NCBI GenBank assembly: GCA_965178125.1
Contig: OZ237777.1
Span: 124,001 to 187,823 of the forward strand
From: Bilabrum cf. latius
Taxonomy: Eukaryota
Direction: 5' to 3'
Length of the DNA stretch: 63,823 nucleotides
A model generated the notes under the pieces. The model was not told the DNA's origin, did not search any database, and was given only the letters and a program-made list of their open reading frames with translations. This document shows, in pieces, positions 26,101 through 39,227 of this stretch. Positions within the stretch are counted from its first letter, which is position 1. Every line of letters starts with the position of its first letter. The position numbers and the translations under genes are program-made.

Positions 26101-29100
26101 CAGCTGCAGCTAGTGTCCAGTGAAGTGGCTCAAGAGCCAGGCACATATTCAGACCACACGGGGGTGATTGCAGACCTGCTGGTCACAGTCCCAGAAGTGG
26201 AGGACCCGGCAACGCGAGCAACTGCAGTCCCAGCAACAACGGAGCAGGACGATGACGCCCCCTTCAGGGCAGCGTACTCACGGGTGTCCGACATGCATGT
26301 GCAGCAAGAACGCCTGGTTTGGGACTATTACGTCAAGGAATTCGGGTAGGCTACAAGTGCAGTCCGCGACATCACTCATTGTGTGCTCGACGCAATTCGC
26401 GACCTCAAAAGCTCGACGGGAACCTCGGCTGACCGAGAGGCTGCAGGGCAAGCGGTTACGCAGGCCGTGTCCTCCGTCAAACTGCTTCTGCAAGGATGTT
26501 TCACGGCAGCAGCCGAGACTGTGACAGGCCGACAAATGGCAAACACCGGCCAGGCCGGGCACGTGGAAGCGTCACGCAAGCGCCACCGCAGGACCTGGGC
26601 GGCACGGACGAGATGGGCTGAAACGTGGGGAAAAGCCCATGCCAGCCTCAAGGCCCTTATCGCGGGACCAACCACGGAACAAGCTCTTTCAGAGGCCAGA
26701 ACATGCTTGGCTGCACATCGCCGAGCCAGCCTGCGCCTCGAAGGGCGACAGCGGGGGCTAGATGGACGGATGCAGGCAACACTCTGGGGGAGCACAGAGG
26801 TGAACCAGTAGGCCCATGAGGGACAGGAGTACTGGACGATGCTCCTTGCCAACCTGGACCATGATCGACGGGCTGTCTTCGAGACCACCGAGCGAGGGGC
26901 ACGCAGGACGGGCCACGCACTGCGGAACATGCTGGGAACAGCAAGTCCGAGGGAAGCCCACCGATAGATCGCTGATGCAATCTCTAGAAGGCAACGAGCT
27001 GCACCAGGACTGGAACCAATCACGAACCTAGGCGGAGAGGTGCTTACGGCCGTCGAGGATATCCTAGAGGCACACGCACAGCAGCTCTCTCACGCAGGTG
27101 GGAATGGAAGTGCGGATGTGGGCGGATTTATGGCCAGGATTGCGCCGCACATGCCCAGGGCAGCGACACCGCTCAACCTATTCTGCAGGTCGAACGCAGA
27201 GGTGGATCAAGCACTGGACAAGCTCAAGCACAACAAAGCTGTGGGACCTGATGGGATCAGGGCGGAATTGCTGACCAAATGCTAGCCATGCTCTGAGGAG
27301 GACGGGTGTCTGCGGCGAAGTGACGCTCTGTTGGACCTCCTCAGGGCCATTTATAATCTCACACTCTTCTCGGGGATTCAGCCTGAGGCCTTTCAGGAGG
27401 GGTTCATGCGGCCGGTCTCCAAGCGCAAGCAGGGCACAGGAGTCACCGGAGTCGACGAATTCAGGCCAATATGCTGGACCTCGGCCCTCTCGAAGGTCGT
27501 GAGCACCATCGCAAACCAGAAGGTCATGTGGTACTGCGAAAACCACGGACTCTTCGGCCAGGATTAGGCCGGATTTCGCATCGGCAAGAACTGCCAGCAG
27601 GCCTACTCAGCGGTGATGGAATGGATTACCCAACGAAGGGGTGCTGGAGGTTTTCTGGTATTCTTTGACATCAAAGGGGCATTTGACAGTTGCAAGTGGA
27701 ACATCATCGAGGCCATCATGACGGAGCAAGGATGGGGACGCCAGACGGTCCGCTTTCTCATGGCCCGCATGCAGGTGGCCATCCGCGTTCGAGACCCACT
27801 CACCAGGAGGACTATTGAAAACATCGTGCATTGCGGAGCCCACGAATTGATTTGCAGCCTCACTTTAATGCAGGTCGCTTCAATTTGCGCGGCTTCGCTT
27901 GTACGGCCACGCCTGCTTGAGCCCTGTCTCCGCCACTGGCAGGAGCACCGGCACCGGCAGTTTCACTCTATATCCTAAGGCTGAGCCCAAAATCAATAAT
28001 CTTAATATGACCGCGCTGATTGACCATCATATTCTGAGGCTTGAGGTCTCGGTGGAGTACCCCTGCCTCGTGACATGCCCCGATCGCACACACCAGCTGC
28101 GCCGCAACGATCTGGAGTGGCTCTGGGTCTCTACCAGAGTGCAGAAGACGGCGGGCACCCCCTAGGGCGAGATTCTGTCTCCCACCATCTTCCTGGTACT
28201 GATGGGGGTTCTCCTGGAAACGCTGCGGAAAGAGAGGCTCCAGCACGGGCACCATCAAAGGATCGTGACCGACACCGGACGATACGTTGAATGTGGACAA
28301 GTCGGGTACGCAGACGACTACGTGGCACTGACGTCGAACTGGAACGAAGCAGTGGCGGTCATGAAGCTAGTCAAGAGCCTGTTTGCACTTGCGGGCATGT
28401 AGCTGGGAATCAAGCCCCTGACAGCATCGGGCCAGGGAACCAAGACAGCGATCATGGCCTTTGGCTACGCTCGGGACTCAATTCCTGGGGACATGCCAGA
28501 GGGCGTCGCATGCAGAGCAGCGGACGCGGGAGAGACGGATGGGGAGTGGACCATCCCACTTGCCTCATCCTACCTGTACCTCGGTCTACTCATTTCGACC
28601 CAACCGGTACGGATCAGCCCAGATGAAGTAGCTGGGCTGACGCAGGCGAGAGACATCTGGGTAATTGATATGGCACCCCACGTACGCAGGAGGATTGCGA
28701 TGGCGTACCGGGCGGCCAGGGACATCACACGAGCGGCGGTGAACGGCAACTGGGCGGTCTCCCTGCACGCCCAGCTGCTCCATGCAGGAGCAATCACGAG
28801 TGCATTCTACGGAGCAGAGGCAGCGGCATGTGCAACAGGATGGGACACCTTGTCAGGATTAGGATATGGTTCCCAAGTTTTCTATGGGATGGAACTGAAC
28901 CTGGAAGTCCTCAAGATGCTGGACAAATTCCTGCTGGATACGCGCTGGATGATTGTCAGCGGATCGACACAGGTAAGGCCCTTCACCATGGGCGGTCGAT
29001 ACGTGCCAAACCTCGCGATGGACACTGAGCTACTGACGGCATCGGCAGCAGGGCGTGTTGCTATGGGCCTGCTGGACCTGATCGAGTGTCCCTCGAAGAA

Positions 29101-30196
29101 GGGCCTTGATGTTGCGGCCAGGTTCATCCACCAGGGCCGATTCCTGCAGGGACCACCAGTACAGACAGGCCCACTCGGGGCCGCGCTGGCACTGGGATTC
29201 AGGATCAAGATGGCAGGGTGGACCCAACGGATCGATGACGCGAAGGACTGGCTGGGATGCCAGGAGACTGCAAAAAAAGTCACAAAGTGGAGGAAATCCA
29301 AATCCGGAGCTGCTGACCGATCGTTCACAAGCCTGAGCCTGGGATGCTCGCACGATCCGGCACTGTCGGATTGGGACCGGGAGAGAGCTGCGCTTGGAGT
29401 GGTCATGCTTAACCGGTACGCAACGAAGGGACGGTATGCCTTCGGACCAGGAGCCATGCCAACAGCAGCGGTGGTGCAGGAATACGGCCACCAAGGAAGA
29501 CGAATTCTGCGCATCCGAGCTGGACAATACCCGCAACAGGGCACGCCCAACCTTCAAGTGATGGGCACCGCGGTAGAGCAGATGGAGCGGGCCGAGCATG
29601 ACCATCATGCCGGAACGAGACCGTGGCAACCCGATGATGCAGATCAGAATAGAGGGAGGTCCCCTGCCTCTCTCCGGAAAGCATGGGCGAAGACAGCTCT
29701 CGCTCAGGACCCTTGGGACGAGAAGCTGGAGCGCACCAGCAGGGCCAAGCCAATCGTCGAAGACGCACTCACTCGGATAGAGCGTACGATTGCACGGTCA
29801 TCGGAACGTACAGCTGTCAAGGAGCTGGCCAACCGAGTGGTGCAGGTGATCAGGAACCAGCTGCGCTAGCAGGAGTAGCTGACGTGCAGGCAGTGGATGC
29901 GAGGCGATGCGGCGGCTGCTCTTGCCGCCACGGCCACGCAAGAGCTGATAGCGGCAACCAATGCGAACGCTCGGCTACAGCGACGGATGTTTAAGCCCCA
30001 CGGCTTGCTAAGGGACATAGAGAGGCAATGGGCCAAAGGCATGAGCGCGTGCATGCTAGCCTCTCTGAAGGACCGTGAGACGCAGAGACGGTCATGGAGG
30101 AGGAAATGGTGGGTCTCGGCAGGGGACCCTGATGTGGGACTGGACCGCGCTTTGTGCCGGGCACATGCTCCGCACCTGTATGCTTTCTCCCTGTGA
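23161..30196 (+). CDS. LINE polyprotein: putative OTU-like region, APE endonuclease and reverse transcriptase; interrupted by a ~290-bp insert
   Basis: About 16 in-frame TAG and no TAA/TGA outside the insert. [61 protein letters not shown], [TAG][17 protein letters not shown][TAG]GEILSP, GYADD, YLYLG. Terminal stop is TGA at 30194. Confidence 0.93.
27826..28117 (-). pseudogene. Ser/Thr protein kinase fragment (subdomains VI-VII) lying antisense inside the LINE RT
   Basis: The minus strand reads [44 protein letters not shown]. The RT frame shifts across it. Boundaries are approximate. Confidence 0.88.
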
Positions 30197-31929
30197 AGGC
30201 ATCAGGCTGAGGGCTTGTGGGGGACCACATTGATGGCGAATAAAGGGGACTCGGCGGTGTAGGCTGAGATTGGGGGGCCTTTGGCCTGAAAGGGTCGGGG
30301 GTCTTGTAGTCCTTGTTTGAGGACTCCTCTGGATTCAGGTGATCACTCGAACTCCTTCGGGGGCAACGGTGCATCTGGGTGCTTGTGGAATCTTTACCCA
30401 ACAATGTATTTCTGTATTTCTGTATTTCCGAGCTCGACTCTCCGGCACTCACAAATAATAGCAAATATGCATACAATAGTACCAAGTGAGAGCTTCCTAG
30501 CAAGACAATTGGACCAGATCAGCCGATCTTATCCAATTATCTTCTTGCCTCTCTCAACGGCTCCTTATTGTGTTCTTTATCTCCCTGCGGGAGGGGTTGT
30601 GTGTGTACTTGCTGTGTAGTGTCCGTTCAGCCACCTGGCTGGCTTCCCGGTTAGGGTGAGGCCGCCCCAGTGTGGACAGCCCGGCCTACCTCGTTGGTTT
30701 ACCTTGTAGCAGATCAGTCGATCTAATCCGCCCACCATCCCAGCCTGCGCCGGATCATGCCGGCGCGGCAACCCCTGTCCCCCCCCACAAGCCCAAGGCC
30801 ACGCTGACAGACCCCGAAGGACAGTCAAAAAGGGGGGCCATCAAACAAGACTACCCCCTGGGATGATGGGTGGAGGTGGGAAACCACCACCACCTTGTGT
30901 AGGAAACAAGTGCAACCTTGAATGTGAGATCACCTAGACCGGAACCTGTCAGTGACGAGTGCGTCACGACGTACTGCACGAGTTTCGAAGCGATCCAGCC
31001 GACGCAGCACGGGGACTCACCGGCAGCGGACTTAAGCGCAAATTGGACCACATCTCACATTTGATCAATATGTATGGTGTATGCCCGTTTTCATGTGATT
31101 TAACCCTGCACGGGTTCCTGCCCACGGCATATCTCTCTCGCCTCCTATCTCGTGCAGCGTACCTCTGCACGAGTGCTGAGGCAGCACGAGGCCAGTCCGT
31201 GGCCGAGCCTCAGTCAATCCAGCAGCTATCAGCTGTATCGCCGAGCCTCAGTCAATTACGTGCCTGTCGAGCCGAAGCAGCAGCGGAGGATAATATTGTG
31301 AAGGTGAGAGCAGGAGACAGAGCAGGCCAATCAACCGCACCACCACCGGTAGCGTTGAGCCAGCCACTACTACCGTGGAGGCTTAGCAGGGGTAGTTAGC
31401 TACCGTCGTGTGGTTGGAAGATCGGATCGGATCGCGAGTACTGAGTGGTCGCAACCCAGGAACTGAATCGCTCTCCCCGCACTGTTGGGCCAAGGCATGG
31501 CCACTACGAAGCACAATCATTGCGCGCAAAACATGACTAGCATTAATGGTATAGTGTACGCACAACCAAGTTTAATAAACAATCAGACATGGCAAGACCT
31601 GACAAAGCTGTGCCTGTGCGCGACCCTTGACCGGACTGACCGGGGCTGGGAAGAGCACGTGCACTACTCCAGCAAATCTTAACGCCATGTCTCGTACGCT
31701 GCTGCTGTATGGCACACTCCATGCTCAGCTGCAGCGCACTGGCCAGCACCCACACTGGCCCGTTCAAATCGAGGCTCGTGCCACCGGGCGTCAGGGAATG
31801 CAACCTTTCCTGACGCCCCGCAAGTACACCTCACATGCAGATTGCCGAACATACGGCGTTAAGATCAAGAATGAATAAACGTTGTGGCGACCCGCGCGCT
31901 CGTATCAATACCAAGTAGTCGCCATCGCA

Positions 31930-34900
31930 TCACAGGTGGGACACGAGGACCTTCCCCTTGGCGACCAGGCCCTGGGCAAGCTCCTTAACCGAACTGTGCC
32001 CCGCACTGGATGCGTACGGCCGTACACCGTACTTCCGGCAGAGAGCCAGTAGGCGATCTTTGTTCGTCGTCCCAAGCAGTTCTAGCTGCCCCTAGGTGGC
32101 AAGCGGCGAAGATGCACCACTGCTAACAACGCCGGGGCCCTGCTGCGGCCGGGGTACAGGCTGCGCCTGCCGGTCTGATCTGCTGTAGATGACAAGTTGT
32201 GCACCCTCACGCTCCCATTCATGCAGGCCGGGAGGCTTGCTTCGCTTCATCAGATGTATATCGTCGAAGCAGAACCACGTGTCGCGGGCTGCAACCTTTT
32301 CCACGGCTGGAAGCACGACTCGCCGACTGTGCTCAAGCTGTACTTGCAAGGCTTTCGAGGCCATCGGCCTCGTGCCCAGCTTCGAACAAAGGATGCCGAA
32401 GGAGCGATTTAAAGCCTACAACCCGCGCCCCGCTCCACCCGTGGCACCCTTGTGGTAGCTTACGAAGTGGCCGCAGGACGCGTTTGTTCCTCTATGCACA
32501 GCCACGCCCACCAGATTGTACGTGCGGGCCACGTCGACGGGCGAGCTGGCGTGCTTCTGGCGGTCTGGTGAGTCTACACGAGGCCGCTTCGCTGCTGGCT
32601 CAGACGTGTCCGCGGACGGCTTGTGGAGCTCTTCTTGAAGCCAGCGGAGGAGCTGCGTATGGTTGGCTTCAGTGAGCTAGGGCCCGATCGTGCCCGTCTT
32701 GGTGTCCACCAGGCCCACCACCCATGGCTTGGCAGGCTCGGTCTTGGTACCCACTTTTGCGCTGACCAGCTGCCCCTGACGGCTTCGCGACGGCTGCAAC
32801 CATACTCGCGCACATCCTCCCATTTCATTTAGGACGTCATCTTGCATCAGGGCTCCGCGAAGGAACTCAACGGTGGATCGTTCCCCTGGGGGCAGCACAG
32901 CAGCTATGAGCCTTAGGCCTTGCTCCTTAGCTTGGTGGCAGGCATCCGTGAAACTGCATTGCAGCAACATCGGTGTCAGACCTCCCAAGTCAATATCAGT
33001 ACCCTAGCGTCCTCCGCCCGCTTGCTTCTTGGATCTTCTGTGTCTCACGGCCTTCCTGCGTGATCTACCCTTGCCCTTCGCATGCTTTTTCCTTGTTGCG
33101 TCCCAGTCCGAGTCCGAGTCCGAGTCCGAGTCCTTGTTACTCTTGGACGACACTTCTAGAAGCAAGGTCCTCGGGTCGATGTATCCAACCTGCTACCAGG
33201 CCTGTGCTTCTCCCTGAATTACACGATCCTCAGCGCCTGTGCCTACCCCCGCGCCTGCGCCCTCGCTTGCGGCTGCCTACGCACTGAGTCTGGCCTGCTC
33301 GCGCTCGGCAATGATTGGCGGCAGAGCCGGGCCAAAGGCGATGTCCAATGCTGACTTGCTATCGGAGGGCACGGGTCGCCTGGGGTCCAGAGGCTGGCAG
33401 AAGAGAGCGCCACAGTTCCATACCGACAGGCGTTTGATGTATTCGTGCAAATCACGCATTGCTTCCTCCGTCGATAATTGCTTGCCAGGGCCTGCACTAG
33501 CTGCTGTTGGTGGCTACGTGATGCTGCTGGGCTGAATGCGGGGAATTTCTCCGAGAAGTTTCTCGACCTCGGCAACTTCATCCCGTAGCCCAGCAAGTTT
33601 CTCCGTTTTCGAGCGACGGTCCAGTACAGCTTTCTAATTGCGGCTTTCGGCGGGAGCCCCAGGCTTACGCGTACTGCTAGCAGCGCTCGTGCGGCTGGCA
33701 GAAGGATTGTCGCGACCATTCAAAGTGACGCCATTGCTGTCATCGCTTGCGATCAAATTGGAGTCGGAGGCGCCATCGCTCTTATTGCTCGCCTTCAAAC
33801 CGGAGACGGGGGCGTGATCCGGTTCCTTGAGCAGGCGCGTGATAAGCCAACCCAGGTGGGCATCATTACCCTTCGACGCAGCATCCGGATACGACACGGC
33901 CTCTGCGACTAGCCGTGAGGCCTGCAGGGGTGCTGGCACATAAGCCTGGCAGACGGACCCTTGGAGGCTATGACGCTACAAATCTATTCTCTTGCTCAGA
34001 CTGACGGGAGTGGTAGTCTTGAGCTTCACGAACCCACTGGGAGTGTGCACCTGCCGTGTACGAATCAGATGATACAGCATCAGAGGTGGCAGCTGCCACG
34101 TCATTAGGCTGTGCAAGGCGGACGATCGGCGCCCGCATTGGCTGCAGCACGAATCTCCTACCGCGGCGGGCTCGAAGGGCATCTCTACGCATGACTGCAT
34201 CGTTGGATTCATGCCATTCTGGACCCGGTAGTGCGATGTCCGGCAGTTGCCATGAAGAGATAACAACGAGTTTGAAACGCCCCAGTTGACCTCTGCGCTC
34301 TTGATCTGCCGGACTTCAGCCTTCTTCAGTCTATGCTTGGCGCTTCGGACGGCATGAACGATGGCATCGGTCGATGGCATGCGTTTGCTCAGCTTTTGGA
34401 TGGGACTTGTGGCCTAACGATAAGCCTGCACTGCCTGTTTGCCGTCATACAAAGCCGAGTTTCTTTCGTGCTCGGCAAAGTCCTCTGCTTCGGCTTGCAA
34501 TGGGCACCTAACTTCTTGTAGCGACTCCCCTTCGCTCACTCGATAGCCACAATCTGGATATGGGCAGCATTTTTCTTTCACTTGGCCCACTTGAAACAAG
34601 CTTCGGAGGCTACCAGTACATCGGCTGGCGTACATCAGCGCCTTTGTACGGAGCAATCCGTGAGTTCGCTCTGGCAGCTCAGTCGAGGCCGCCCAGCTGT
34701 CTACGTGTTCGGGGCATATGCCAGCGCAGAGCAAAGTATCACGCACATCAGCTGGAGTGACTGGATCAGGTTCCCCCAGCGTGCGATTGAAGAACTTTGA
34801 TAGCTGCGGTGCACCTGCTGGAATACTTAGGCCGGCCACCCACCTCAATGATTCGAATGACGAGACCTCTACTTTTTGCCGCGCGGCGAGTTCGCTCAGC

Positions 34901-35159
34901 TAGCTCGCAAATGTTGGCCCAAGCCGACCGAGGAGCTAGCGCAAAATCGGGGTGAAGCCTCGGTCAAGATTCTTGGCCTCATCGTCAAGGCAATCGATCA
35001 GTTGATTTGTAAACTCACTTGCGTCCTAATGCGATCTATCCTCATTCCCAAAATGCGGATACGATTTACCGATACAGGCCCGAAGTCCTCTTATTGCTTC
35101 ATCTGCCACGTGACGGAGGGCATGACACGCAGCAGAGAGGTGCCTCGTCACGTCACCTG

Positions 35160-35209
<50 letters not shown>

Positions 35210-35282
35210 GTGCTGCTGCTGGTGCTGCTGCTGCTGGTGCTGCTGCTGGTGCTGCTGCTGCTGGTGCTGCTGCTGGTGCTGG

Positions 35283-35321
<39 letters not shown>

Positions 35322-35976
35322 CGGCGAAAGGAGCCAAGTCTGCCGTACTGCTGGTGATTGGCTCTGTGGTCGATTTTACCTGCAGCGCCTGCAGTCGCAT
35401 ATGGACACACGCCAATACGAACATGTGCCTGCAAGCGCCCTATGTCGGGACACCACCTTCGGGTTTCATGGCCTCTTTTTCGAGGCTAATTGCGTGGCTC
35501 GCTAAAGAACTGACGAGACTATGGCTAACCACGGCTAGTGAATCGAGAAACATTTGCATCACCACGGGTCGCAGCCTTGTTCCGCGATTTTGCTAGCTTT
35601 TGAGCCGTTCCAGCTCATTCTGGAATGCTCTCCTCGCATCGTCCTCTGTTGGGCAGTCTGCCAGTAGCACGACACCATCTCTGACCGCAGCCTCTAGCTC
35701 TGAACGTTTCCAAGTTCTAGCATACGGCATAAGTAAGAGTACATGATCAATGAATTGTTGCTACCCGAGTAGGACCTACATGCTTGAATTTGAATAGCAA
35801 AAATTATTATATCGTCGAAATCCAATGCTCTATTGCTCGGATTTTACCGGATTAAACCATGGCCTGGGTTCAGAGCCTGACGCCAAAGCCATGACGGTAA
35901 TTCTGTCCGTGATTTTGTCAGCGCGATTTGTATCTGTGTATGCCAAATAATGATTTAAGCAAGCCACTGGTGACAT
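31930..35976 (-). CDS. Ubiquitin-specific protease (USP, peptidase C19), about 1350 aa, with large insertions including a UAS-like segment
   Basis: One frame with about 18 TAG and no TAA/TGA until TGA at 31930. Cys box GFRRYNNFCYSNSSM[TAG]VL, H[TAG]DASEF, CSQC..LPPLMLYHLIR..RIDL, His box YNLVGVAVHRGTNASCGHFVSY, WFCFDD, AQLVIYSR. The true start may lie further upstream. Confidence 0.9.
35159..35320. repeat. (GCT)n/(GCTGGT) microsatellite encoding a poly-Ser/Thr tract in the USP
   Basis: Directly visible; it keeps the minus-strand USP frame. Confidence 0.95.
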
Positions 35977-36024
35977 TCATATATACACGTTACAGAAACA
36001 TCTGTATTTAGAACGTGGCTCTAG

Positions 36025-37608
36025 GCGGCATGCGCAACAGGATGGGACTGCTTGTCAGGAGTAGGACAAGGTACTGGCATCTTCTACGGGATGAAGCTAA
36101 ACCTAGAAGTCCTCAGGATGCTGGACAAATTCCTGCTGGACATGCGCTGGATGATTGCCAGCGGATCGACGCAGGTAAGGCCATTCTCCATGGGAGGCCG
36201 ATATGTGCCAAGCCTTGCGATGAACACCGAGCTGCTCACTGCAACAGCAGCGGGACGAGTTGCAGTGAGCCTGCTAGATCTGATCGAGTGCCCCCTGAAA
36301 AAGGGCCTTGACGTAGCAGCCAGGTACATGTACCAGGGCCGACACCTGCAGGGACCACCGCTACAGACGGGCCCCCTCGGGGCCGCCCTGGCACTGGGAT
36401 ACAGGATCAAAAAGCCTGGGCGGATTCTACATTCTGACGACGCGAAGGACTGGCTGGGATATCAAGAGACTGCGAAAAGAGTCACGAAATGGAGGCGATC
36501 CACGTCCGGAGCTGCGGAACGGGCATTCACAAGCCTTAGCCTGGGATGCTCGCACGATCCAGGACTGTCAGACCAAGACCGGGAGCGCGCCGCGTGCGGA
36601 GTGGTGATGTTTAACCGATTTGCAACGAAAGGACGGAATGCTTTCGGACCAGGAGCCATGGTGACTACAGCTGCAATGCAGGAGTACGGTCATCAAGGAA
36701 GACGAATCCTGCGCATCCGAGCTGGACAATACCCACAGCAGGGAACGCCCAACCTCCAGGTATCGAGCACCGCGGTAGAGCAGATGGAGCGGGCTGAGCA
36801 TGAGCGTCACGCCGAAACGAAGCCGTGGCAACCTGATGCCGGGGATCAGAATAGAGGGAGGTCGCCCGCCTCTCTTCGGAAGGCATGGGCGAAGACAGCT
36901 CTCGCCCTGGATCCCTGGGACGAGAAGCTGGAACACACCAACAGGGCCAAGCCAATCGTCGAAGGCGCGCTCATTCGGATAGAGCGCACGATTGCACGGT
37001 CCTCGGAACGTACAGCTGTCAAGGTGCTGGCCAACCAAGTGGTGCAGGTGCTCAGAAACCAGCTGCGCCAGCTGGAGCAACTGACATGCAGGCAGTGGAT
37101 GCGTGGTGATGCGGCGGCTGCCTTAGCCGCCACGGCCACGCAGGAGCTGATAGCGGCAACCAATGCCAACGCCCGACTACAGCGACGGATTTTCAAGCCC
37201 CACGGCTTGCTAAAGGATATAGAGCGGCAATGGGCCAAAGGCATGAGCGCGTGCATGCTCGCCTCTCTGAAGGATCGTGAGACGCAGAGACGGTCATGGA
37301 GGAGGAAATGGTGGGTCTCGACCGGGGACCCCGATGTGGGACTGGACCGCGCCTTGTGCCGGGCACACGCTCCGCACCTGTATGCTTTCTCCCTGTGAAG
37401 GCAACAGGCTGGGGGCCTGTGGGGGACCACACTGATGGCAAAGAATGGGGACTCGGCGGCATAGGTTGAGAACGGGGGGCCTTTGGCCTGAAAGGGTCGG
37501 GGGTCTTGTAGTCCTTTGTTTTAGGGCTCCTCTGGATCTAGGTGATCACCCAAACCCCCTCGGGGGCGACGGTGCATCTGGGTGTTTATGGAATCTTTAC
37601 CCAACAAT
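36025..37608 (+). mobile_element. 5'-truncated second copy of LINE family A (448-aa C-terminal ORF 36052..37398)
   Basis: Collinear with about 28823-30405. Differences are largely synonymous and the TGA stop is the same. Confidence 0.95.
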
Positions 37609-37899
37609 GCGCAGAGCAGCAGTGCTTGACTACGAGGCGGGACAGCCGCATCGCATCATCAACGTGAAACCCGTCCGCAAATTGGATTCCAAACTGGATT
37701 CCAGCGAGGTCCTGACGATATCAGCAGAAGGAGTGCGCCTAGATGGATCCAGCCGCCAGAACGCCTTGAAGAAATGCCAACCGTGGCAAGCCCACCAAGT
37801 AGTGCGCTAAAATCGAGAACGCACAGGGTAGGCGCCAGGCCGCACCGCAGCTCCACGCCGTCACAACGACAGAAGGGGACCCGGCAACCACCCCAGATG

Positions 37900-39227
37900 A
37901 GATCGTGAAATCATTCACGGAGAGATTCTCAGAAAAGCGTGACTGCGTTGAGATTGACCTCCAGGCAGTGCAAGCGCACCTGCTGACTCATGTGCACCAA
38001 GCAGACGGCATCGACCTGGCCCAGATTGACATTGCCGACGTCTAGCACGCACTCATGAAGGCAAAGCCGAACCGAGCAACTGGTCCGGGCAACATCCCGA
38101 TCGACCTGCTGAGGGGGGCCTGCCGAAAAGAAAGGGGTCACAAGGTAGCTTCACCAGCTTTGCTTGCAGCCATCAAGGCCCTGCATGTAGCAGCCATGGA
38201 GACGGGCGGATATCCTGCTTCCATGCGACACGCATTCATGGCAGCAGCACACACCGGATGTGCATGGACGACTACAGACCAAGTATATACATGGCAGCAC
38301 TCATGAAGGTGCTTGGAAACATCTTGTTACGTTTTCCACAAGTTGGGTATTGACCCAGGTGTGGATACGTCATCAGGACCGGATACCATCTCGGTCAGCA
38401 AGGAGGCCGGCGGATATTCTTCACAGGTGACCCGCCGGAGTGGGGCAACCCCTCGGTGCGTCAGGAGGTATGATCGTAGAGGACGTCTGCCTGCAGGCTA
38501 CTTTAGTCCAAGGCGAGACCTGCTTGTCCTACATGGCAATTAAGTTTCACCACCCGGGTGAAGGAGACAGCAACAGCATTCAGGTACGCTGTTGCCGGTA
38601 GCAAGTGACACAGATCAAGAGCGACGGCGGGGCACACTTGGAACAGCTGCACAATACAGCAGCCCAAGCGTCATCAAAGGCGGCAGGGATCGCAGGAGGC
38701 GACCCAGTGGTCCCGGCGACTCCGCGGCGGGAGTCTGACGCTGGTCCTGTGCCCCGTCGCTCTCTTTCTCAGCACCATAAACTGGTGGGTCTACACATTT
38801 TTTACTGAACTCCGAGCAAGCATTACAGGATCTGGAAAAACTCATGAATCTGTACATCGACCTGAACGGTACATTTGATCGAGCCTTCTGGAGCATCATT
38901 CGGTTAATGCTGAAGAAGCTCGGTGTCCTTAGCAGAATGAGGGCAGAGGTCCGTGTTTTTCACCGATGTAGCGGCGCCTCATCAGGACCGTTCGACCGCA
39001 CGAGTGGCGTACTACAGGATGTACCACTTAGTCTACTGCTGTTCACTGTCGCCAACCACCAAGCAAGCCTGATGATCTCCATTGACAAGGCGGACGTTGA
39101 CATCCCGCCACTGGTATCAGTAGCACCAGCACCGAGCAACGCGAAAGATACATTAATGTCTTTCGCAGATGATGAAAGAACCATTGTGCAAAACGAGCGA
39201 GGCGCTGCCATTGCTACGGTCGCTTGA
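37900..39227 (+). mobile_element. Decayed LINE family B reverse transcriptase fragments
   Basis: KPNRATGPGNIPIDLL (38055), LYIDLNGTFD, SGVLQDVPLSLLLF and SFADD (38844..39227), broken by deletions and stops. Confidence 0.8.

Larger units (their letters stand above)
23161..30405 (+). mobile_element. Non-LTR retrotransposon (LINE family A, APE type), near full length
   Basis: One long ORF plus about 210 bp of 3' sequence shared with the copy at 36025-37608. It is followed by (TGTATTTC)x3. Confidence 0.93.

Noticed and set aside
34876-35596. Plus-strand poly-Ala, poly-Cys and poly-Leu ORFs, and the minus-strand poly-Gln ORF
   Set aside because: These are alternative readings of the microsatellite within the minus-strand USP frame.
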